Source: Octopus sinensis
Lineage: Eukaryota
Length of the DNA: 64,000 nucleotides
Assembly: GCF_006345805.1 (NCBI RefSeq)
Contig: NC_043005.1
Location: forward strand, 44,392,001 to 44,456,000
Direction: 5' to 3'
This document shows, piece after piece, positions 52,609 through 64,000 of the stretch. Position 1 is the stretch's first letter. Each line of letters begins with the position of its first letter. Position numbers and translations under genes: made by a program. Below the pieces are notes generated by a model. That model saw only the letters and a list, made by a program, of their open reading frames with translations. It was not told the DNA's origin and did no database searches.

Positions 52609-53699
52609 AATAATGATGATAATAATAATAATTAATAATAATTAATAATAATTAATAATAATAATAATGATAATAATAAGAGGATTGTAGGGTATGAATA
52701 TTGTGAGAAAAAAAAATGAAGCCATTCAGTAATCTATATTTATCATAATAAGAGCATTGGTTATTGATTATGAATACACAATTACATACAATTTAGATAC
52801 AGTATTATTATTAAGTAGTAGAAAATCCTCAATTAGTTCTTTTGTTTTACATTTAAATCTAGAGTAATATCTAATTTCCTTCAAGAGCTTATTTCCTGGT
52901 TTTCTTCTTCTTTCCTTAGTAAACAAAATGGTAAGGGAAGCTGTTAATATAATTGTTTGCTAGTTATCACTATAAAACTGAAATCTTAATAAATGGCTTT
53001 AATTAATTTGCTAATTAAGATACAGAATATTGGACATAACCAATTAAAATTTCGAAGCAAGTTTCATGTAATTTCAAAATCAAATAAGGTTACATAAAAG
53101 TAATGGTTAATTAAGCCATCAAACCTTTAAAACAATACTCTCATAATCACTCAAGGGAATATTCACTAATGTTTCACAATTTGTGGTTTTCATTTTAGTT
53201 AAAGAAAAGAACAATCACTGCATTGATTTAATCTCATTTGTTTGCAGTTTTTATTGTATGATAATGCCTAATATTGTTTGTTATCTGATTGTTTTTTTTC
53301 AATACCTTGACATATATAACATTTATTATCAAATTTTACTTCTTTTTATCACTAAAACACTTCATTACTTGAGCAAAACAGTGATAAAGGTTTCATTAAA
53401 ACAGTGAGTAATGTATTTTGGTGAAATGATACAGCAACGTTTTAGCTAATATGCAATTATTTTATAATGTAAATTAAGTCAGAGTCAAATCTGAGCAAAT
53501 AATCACAGTTTAATAAAGAGATAATACTGTGGACTCTCAGTATTCGGAAGAGACCAAGAAAAGAAAATGAAACGTTTATAGGAGTAGCATTTCTTGAGAT
53601 GGAAATAAAAGTGGCAGTTTTCACTTAGAGAGTCAGATATTTTATGATAGATTTTAAGTTCTGAGCACATATTCACTAGCAGAAAACAATGTAGTAACA

Positions 53700-54660
53700 A
53701 TATATACACACACACACATACACAACACACACATATATACATATTTATATAATATATAGATATATATATATATACATACCACACATATATATATATATAT
53801 ATATATACACACACCACACCACATATATAATATACACATATCATATATATATTATATATTATAACATATACATATATATATACTATACATATATATTACA
53901 TATACATATATATATACATATACATATATATAATAACCTATACATATATATACATATACATATAAATATACATATACATATTATATACATATACATCATA
54001 TAGATACATATACATATATATATACATATATATATAGATACATATACAACATATATATATACATATACATATATATATACATATACATATACATATACAT
54101 ATATATATACATATATATATATAACATATACATATATATATATATTATATACATATATATATATACATATATATTATATATATATATATCACTATATATA
54201 TATACATATATATATATAATATATATACATTATATATATATATAATATATATATATATACATATTATATATACATATATATATACTTATATATATACATA
54301 TATATATACATTATATATACATATATATATTATTATATATAATATATACATATCATATACATATATAATATATATATATATATATATATAATATATATTA
54401 TATATATATATTATATACACATATACATATCTATATCCATATATATATATACTATATAGATATATATATATACATATATATATACATATATATTATATAC
54501 TATACATATCATATATACATATACATATACAATATATACATATACATATACATATATATACATATACACTATATATATATATACATATATATATATATAC
54601 ATATACATATCCATATATATACATATACTATATATATACATATACATATACATATATATA

Positions 54661-54701
<41 letters not shown>

Positions 54702-54719
54702 TATATATATATATATAAC

Positions 54720-54750
<31 letters not shown>

Positions 54751-55302
54751 CATATATATACATATATATAATACATATATATATATACATATATATATAT
54801 ACATATTATATATATATACATATATATTATCATATATATTATATACATATATCTTACATATATATATATATACATACATATATATATACCTATATATATA
54901 TATATCATATAATATATACTAATATAGATATATACATACCTAATATATATACATATATATAATATAATATATATACATATATATATATACATTATATATA
55001 TATAATTATATATATACTATATATATAATATATATATCATATATATATATAGACATATATAATATAACCTATACATATACATATACATATACATATGTAT
55101 ATCACATATATATATACATATACATATATATTACATATACATCTATATATACATATACTATACATATATATATACATATATATATCATATCATATATATA
55201 TAGAATCTACATAATATATATACATACATATTATATACATACATATATATATATACATATACATATATATATATACATATATAAGTATATATATACATAT
55301 AC

Positions 55303-55340
<38 letters not shown>
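53700..55340. repeat. Long (TA)/(TACA) microsatellite
   Basis: Read directly. Confidence 0.95.
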
Positions 55341-55895
55341 AGCAGAAACTCAAAGCATTCAGAGAATCTACACAAAGAAAATCGTCTCAATGCAAAATAT
55401 CAGCTACTGGGAAAGACTGAAGTATTAAACCTCTTCTCCCTAAGCGGAGGTGGGAGAGATATGCAGTGATATACATCTGGAAAAGTCCTGGAGGGGTCTT
55501 GTCCCAACTTTGGCATTCAACCGCAGAACGGGGCGCCGCTGCGTGGTGCCAAGTATTCCAACATCACCATCCAAATACAGGTCCAGATACTGCAAGAGCT
55601 TGGATTTCAGAGGACCACAGCTCTTTAACATCCTCCCTAAATGCCTGAGAGACTACATGGTGTGGATGTGGGTTTTCTTAAAACTAAACTGGATGTCTTC
55701 TTGTTGGAGTCCCAGATGAACCTACCTCACGACAGAGACGCGGATGCGGGCAGCAGCACATCGAACTCCCTTGTTGATCAAGTGCCATGTATCAGAGGTG
55801 GATTCACAAACTAGTGTAGCTCATTCAGCGGTGGTGTCCCAGCATGGCCGCGGCCTTCGGGCAAAAACATTTTTAAGGATTTAAGGATTTAAGGA
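55341..55895 (+). mobile_element. CR1/L2-type LINE 3' fragment with a (TTAAGGAT)n tail
   Basis: Frameshifted IQRIYTKKI...SYWERLK..NLFSL.RR, and FRGPQLFNILPKCLRD. Confidence 0.8.
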
Positions 55896-56215
55896 CATAT
55901 ACATATATATACATTTATATATACATATATATATACATATACATATATATATACATACATATACATATATATATACATATATATAAATATATACACACAT
56001 ATAAATATATACACATATATATATAAATATATACACACATATATATATAAATATATACACATATATATATATAAATATATACACATATTATATATACATA
56101 TATATACACACATACTTATACACACATATATATATATATACACACACACATATATATACATATACTTATATATTCATACACACACACACATATATATACA
56201 TATATATATATACAG

Positions 56216-56248
<33 letters not shown>

Positions 56249-57153
56249 CAAACATATGTTTTCCGTCCAACCCGTGCTAGCGCGGAAAACGGACGTTAAA
56301 CGATGATGATGATGATGATGTATATACATATTTTTATTTTTATTTTTAGAATTGGGCTCAGAGCTGTGGCCATGCTGTGGCACTGCTGTTTTGCTACACT
56401 GTTACTACTGAGAGCCTCCTCTAATATGTAGCACTTGGTGAAGAATGGAATTTGAAGTCACTACCCTCATTTGCACCTCTTGCCATGGGCTAGGTTCATC
56501 TGGGACTCGCGACAGAAAGAGGTCTAGTTTTGATTTGAAAACATCTACATCCACTTTATGAAGGCTCTTTAGGAGAATATTAAAAAGCTGTGGGCCCTGA
56601 AACCCCAGTGTTTAACACTATAAATACCAACAGCCTGTCAACAGGGATCTTAATCTACACAGTATCAAGGTATGATATAATATATACGTAACATATGGTA
56701 TAATTATAAGCAGGGAAAATTTTAGCTATTTCTCCAGAGACTGAAAAAATGACGAACAACTTTAATTCATTTTCAAACCTTATTAGGTTCACATCAGATC
56801 CGTCCACATCACTTTGACAATCACCAGAGAAACAAGCAGCCAAACTCTTTATATTCTGTTTTTTTTTTCTTTTTGCCCTTATTTATATAATTTTCACCTT
56901 AAAAAGAATTTTTCATATGCTTGCCACTGATAAAATTTTAAATAAGTTTGATCCTTATATCAGAAGTAAATTAATTCTCATTCACTCCGGGACTAATTAA
57001 CCACTCGTGTGCGTTTCCTGACTGACTACATTTGTGCCAAGGCTTGCTATGGAATTTCGTTGTGGATGTATTTGGGGTGCTTAAATGTATTCATGACTTT
57101 GCATCTATTTTTCTGTGGGTATATCTAAGTATTTCATTTATTTTCATTTTGTG

Positions 57154-57217
57154 TTCCCCGCTGATGAAGGAAGAATCCTTTATGGATTAATCCAGAAATC
57201 AGAACTGATTCAGGGAA
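57154..57217 (+). ncRNA. Hammerhead-like motif with two hairpins in place of stem II
   Basis: TTCCCCG CTGATGA AGGA-agaa-TCCT tta TGGA-ttaa-TCCA GAAATCAG-aa-CTGATT CAGGGAA. Stem I is 6 of 7 bp, stem III is 5 bp, and the triplet is AUU. Confidence 0.45.
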
Positions 57218-57381
57218 AACTTTATTTTTATGAATTTCTTTTAGCTTGCTTCCCTCAATTCAGCATGTGGTGTAATAATACAAGTGAAAATATTTCATGT
57301 GGTTAGACTACTGAGCCTCTATTTTTCAGCATTTTGGCAAAAACAATTTTTTTCTTTTTGTCTTCATTTATAATTGTGTAC

Positions 57382-57424
<43 letters not shown>

Positions 57425-59099
57425 TCTGTGAATATCTGTTGCAAATGTCTTACGAAATATATCTAACACCTACACATGCATATAAACATATTTTCATTTA
57501 TTCAGACCGTTTTAAAAACTCAGCCTACCAACATGTAATCCTTTTATCTAAATTAGCCCTGATGAGTTTTTACTTATATAATATTCTAAATGCAAACTTT
57601 ATTTTATTTTATCTATAAATTAGTATTGAGTAAAACTGAAACAATTGTAGGTATATACACACCATTTTCTTCTTGTTTGTCATATTCTATATTTTTAATA
57701 GACCCATTTATATCAATGTGATATTTATTATAGATATAGGGTATTAAACCAGTGTAACCAGGATGGTTTCATCCCGATAAGAGGAGTACATACCCTTGCA
57801 GTGAATATATATATATATATATATATATATACACTCACACACACACGTGTGCACACATATATACATATAGAAATACATATATATAGACACATACATTTAT
57901 ATATACATATATATGCATATACACACACATGCACATGCACACACACACACATATATATAAAATGCCTTCTTACATTTGATATATATATATATATATATGT
58001 AATATATATATATATATATCAAATGTAAGAAGAAATAGTTTATATATATATGTGTGTGTGTGTGTATGTACATATCATATGTAAGAAGAGATAGTTTCAG
58101 AAGTTTACTTTAAACCATAAAATGTATTTAATACTCTCAAAAACTGTTTTGAATTTAAATGTATATTCTAAAATGTTAAAGTTTATCAATTTAATGTTCT
58201 ATGGTGACAACAAAAGCCTTGTATTTTATGGAATAAATCAAAAGATAAAATATCATGAGATCAAGGAAGTGATATGGAATAATTTTAACTTGCAAAACAA
58301 AATTACAGGATAAAATTAAGTCTTAAAAGAAAAATAACTAATTGGCTAAAAATTATAGGAATTGATAGGAATGTTGCATACCAAGTTAATTAAAGTCAGA
58401 CAGAAACTAATTCAAATTGACAGTCTAATTAATAAAATTCATGCTTAAAGGCTTGGAAGATAAAGCCAAAATCTAAGTGCACAATCAACAATACTAGAAA
58501 CATTGGTTAATGTGTATTTTTTAAAAAACTGATATGAGAAGTTGTGATTGAGTATTTATATAAAATATTAATGTTATTAGAATCTATGAATGGTGAAAAA
58601 AATTGGGATTTTCACCATCTAAACAACAAACATAATAAGAGCTCAATATTATCAATATTCAGTCATAACTTAGAAGTATTCAATTAGTTTATTTATGGAG
58701 AATATGACAAAAAAAAATTGAAAAACATATGATTAAATGTTATTTAACTGAGTATTTAGGAAGAACCATGAAAATGTTACTAATTGCATTAAAAGACTGA
58801 TTTATTTGACCAAATATCCAAAACACTCAAGTGGGTCATTTGGAATAAAAGTGTATGGTAACAAAGTTGCAGTGTAAATATTAAAATGTAAGTTCAAAAT
58901 ATTCTATAGTTAAGAAATATGTAAATTATATATGCAAATTTGATATTATATAGGTGCAGGCATGGTTGCTTGGTAAGATGTATACTTCTCAGCCACATGG
59001 TTTCAAGTTCAGTCCTACTATGTGGCACCCTGAGCAAATCTTCTACTATAGCCTTGGGCCAACCAAAGCCTTATCCTTTTATAGACTGAAACTAAAACA

Positions 59100-59935
59100 A
59101 ATCCATCTTATATATATATCTATATATATAATATAATATAATAATTATATATACATATAATTATATATACATATATATATATATATAATTATATATACAT
59201 ATATTTATATATACATATATATATTATATATATAATTATATATACATATATATATATATAATTATAATATACATATATATATATATATATATAATTATAT
59301 ATATATAATATATAATATATATATATCTATAAATATTATATATTATATTATATATACTATATATATATATATATTTACTACACTATATATTATATATAAT
59401 TATATATATATATACTCATATATATATATCCTTATATAACATATATATATATATATATATATATATTAATTATATACCATATCTATATATATATCTCATA
59501 TATATATATATCAATTATATATACACTATATATATATATATATAATATATATCATTATATATACATATATTATATATATATATATAGAATATATATAATT
59601 ATATATACATATATATATATCTATATTATATATACATATATATATATACATATATCAAATACATATAGTAATTATATATTAATATATATCTCTATATATA
59701 TACATATATATATTATATATATATAATATACAATAATATATATATATATCTATATATACATTATATATACATATATATATATATATTAGATATATATATT
59801 ACAATATATATATATATATATATCTAATTATTATACATATTATATATATAATATCTAATTATATATACATATATTATATATATATTATATATCTATTATA
59901 TATACATATATATATATATATATAATATATCTATA

Positions 59936-59975
<40 letters not shown>

Positions 59976-60076
59976 TAATATACATATATATATATATATA
60001 ATATATATTATATATATATAATTATATATACAATATATATATATATATATATATTATCTAATATAATTATATATAC

Positions 60077-60119
<43 letters not shown>

Positions 60120-60182
60120 TATATACATATATATTATATATATAATTATATATATATATAGTATATATATATAATATATAGT

Positions 60183-60222
<40 letters not shown>

Positions 60223-60255
60223 CACACATATATATATATTATATATAATTATTAC

Positions 60256-60297
<42 letters not shown>

Positions 60298-60392
60298 ATT
60301 ATATACACATATATATATTATATATATTAATATATATATATATAATTATATATACATATATATATATATATATATTATATAATTATATATAC

Positions 60393-60425
<33 letters not shown>

Positions 60426-62972
60426 TATATATACAATATATATATATATATATATAATATAATTAATATACATATATATATATATATATATATAAATATA
60501 TTATATAATTAAAGATACATATATATAATATATATATATATATATTATATATACATATATATATAAATATCTATAATTATATATACATATATATATATCG
60601 ATAATATAATTATATATACATATATATATATTATATCTTATATATATCTATATATTATATATATATTTATTACATCTATATATATATATATTATATATAT
60701 ACATATATATATACAATATTATATATTATATCATTAATATTATAATTTATATCTATATATATATACAATTAGATATACATATATATTCTTAATATAATAT
60801 ATATATACCATTTATATATCACATATATATATATATATAATTCTATATATATTATATACTATTATATATACATTATATATATATAATATAATTATATATA
60901 TATATCTATAATCTATATATATATATAATATATATATTATAATAATATATATATATATACTATATATTATATTATATATATATATCTATCTATATTATAT
61001 ATATATAATTATATATATATCTATATAAACAATTATATAACATATAAGATATAATATCATTCTATATATATATATATCATACAATTATAATATATATACT
61101 ATTCTACTTATATATATAATATATATATTATATATATCTATATAGATAATTATATATATATATAATATATCTATATATCTATATAATATATATACATTAT
61201 AGATATATATATATATAAATTATCTTACTATATATATATATAATTATATATATATATATATATATACATTCTATCTATATATATATATATACTTATAATG
61301 ATATATATCTATATATCTATATATATATATTATTTATATATTAATATATATATCTATATATATATATATAATATATTATACTATATCTATATATATATAT
61401 CATTATATATACATATATCTATATATATCCTATTCCATCTATACCTATCTCTATAATCTATAATTCTATCTACAAATATATAAATATATATCATTATAGA
61501 TACATATATATAATCTCATATATATCATATATTATATATACCTATATATATATCTAGCCTTAATATAACTCTATACATTACTTCTCTCATATCTCCTTAT
61601 ATATATATAGATATATACATTATATATCCCATATAATTTAGCTATTAAGATATATATATCTATATATATATATCTATATATATACATTATATATATATCT
61701 ATATCCAATTATCTCTCAGTATATTAAATATCTACATATCTATCTCCTATATATCCAATGATATATACACATAATATATAGATTATTATCTATCTAATAT
61801 ATCCCCATTCTATATACATATATATATATATCTAAGTATTATATATATCTAATAGATATAATTATATATACTTAATATACCTATATCTATCATTATAATA
61901 TACTATATATATAATTATATATATTAGTATCTATTACTTATATATATATCTATTATCATTATATACTATATACATATAATCTATCTATAATCTCATCTAT
62001 CACTTATCTATATATCTCTCCATTATATATATACATATCTATATATAATAGATAATATATATATTCTAATTATATATATATAGATATTATAATTATATAT
62101 ATATATCTATATAAAGTATATATATCTATATCTATATATATAGTATTACTTATATTACTATAAATATTTAGATATATAGAATTATATATATATATCTATA
62201 TATATATATATATATATAATTATATAATATCTATATATATCTCCATTACTATATTCTAATTCTCTATTATATTCCATATATAATTATATATATATATATT
62301 ATATATATATATATATTATAGATACCTATATCTATATAATTATATAAAGATATATATATATACATTATCTATATATCTATTCCTACTATATATATATAAT
62401 CTTCTATCTATATAACATATAATTATATATATATATATAACTCTATATATATATCTAATATATATATATTAATATCTATCATTCTATATATATTATCTCT
62501 AATTATTATCTATATATATATATATAGTCTCTATATATATCTATATCATTATATAATATATATATATATATAATCTAGATATATATATATATCTATATAT
62601 ATATATCTAATTATTTATCTATCATATCTATATATATAATATAACTAATTTTTCTATATTCCTCTATATCATATATATCTAATATATATATATATATATA
62701 ATTATTTATATATATATATTATATAATCTATTATATATAGATCCTTATTTATATCTAGATCTATATATATATATAGCATCTCATCTCTACTTATTTATAT
62801 CTCTATAACTTATCTATATTATACTATACTTTTTATATATCTATATATATATATACTATATCTATAATATCTAATAATTAATTTCGATATATTATCTAGA
62901 TATATATATATCTATATATATTTCTAAATATATATCTCATATAATTATCTATATATCATATATATTATATCC

Positions 62973-63005
<33 letters not shown>

Positions 63006-63445
63006 TCTAATACTAATACTATATTTATAATATATAATTCTATATCTCTTATACTATCTACTTATATATCTATAGTATATACCTTATATCGCTATCTATA
63101 TCTCTATAATTGCTATAATATATTCTCATATATATATATAATTATAATATCTCTCTATATATTATATCAATTACTCACTATATATATATCTAGATATATT
63201 ATATATATCATATCCATACTAGATATCCATATATTATAGATATATATCTATATATCATATTATATCTCCTCTATCTAGCCGCTCTCATATATACATATAA
63301 TATCGAAATCTATTATAGATCTTATATCTATTCTATATATATTCTACTATATATAAGACTATATATATCTATATCTATCTATTCTCTATAATTATATATA
63401 TATATATACTATATATATATATAATTATTATCTATATATATAATT
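59100..63445. repeat. ~4.3-kb increasingly degenerate (TA)n tract
   Basis: Read directly. Confidence 0.95.
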
Positions 63446-63446
63446 A

Positions 63447-64000
63447 CAGACAGAAAATCTAAATGTCTTGTGTTTGAATGAGATTGCCGAAAAAACATCA
63501 CAAGTGGTCAACACACAATCCATCAAACCGATTCGTAGCAAGTTGAAACATATTGAAAAATCTATCTTTCAAACTGATAAAGGCCATTATGAAAAGCTTC
63601 TACATATTTTTCACGGTTCAAAGACAACAACAGCTAAAAAATCAGGCACCACACCAACAAACACAACAGAATGACCACTCCTGGTTCCCACAGCAACATA
63701 AAATCTTTGCAGATGACTCCAAGCTACAGAAGGTCATAAATGAGGCGAGTGACCGGACATGCCTTCAGTCAGATCTATTGGCTGTTATCCAATGGGCAGA
63801 AAAAAACAATATGCTGCTGAACGAGGATAATTTGAGCTAATCCACTTTGGAAAAGAGGATGCCCTGAAACTCCCATACTCCCTTCCTTCAGGTGAAACTC
63901 TCTCGTGGCGTCCAACAACATCAGAGACTTGGGAGTAATTGTGGACAACAACGTAAGCTGGGCCACTCATATAAACACCAAAGTTGACATGGCCCGCAGA
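63447..64000 (+). mobile_element. CR1/L2-type LINE RT fragment, apparently internally deleted, running off the window
   Basis: KIFADDSKL, LQSDLLAVIQWAEKNNMLLNE and IRDLGVIVDNN. Confidence 0.85.

Overview
Eukaryotic, very AT-rich and repeat-dominated genomic DNA with one 100-N scaffold gap (51511-51610). From memory, the SINE, RTE and MITE families resemble those of octopus; that taxon call is inference. One host coding exon is convincing: a large, low-complexity first coding exon on the minus strand (16857-18166) of an unidentified gene. A few weaker exon candidates are also present. The rest is microsatellite, tRNA-derived SINEs, piggyBac-, hAT- and foldback-type MITEs, mariner and Tc1-like relics, and RTE, CR1 and Penelope-like retroelements. 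Three things stand out. (1) There are several different minimal type I hammerhead-ribozyme motifs with non-canonical cores (U3-A8, U10.1/U11.1, C4, and one with two hairpins in place of stem II). Two families sit in near-perfect inverted repeats where one arm carries a damaged copy. (2) A Penelope GIY-YIG element forms a fold-back with ~1 kb arms. (3) Abutting perfect hairpins lie at 43.85-44.09 kb: one pairs a candidate splice acceptor and exon start, and one is pre-miRNA-like. All folding and alignment was done by eye; no database search was run.
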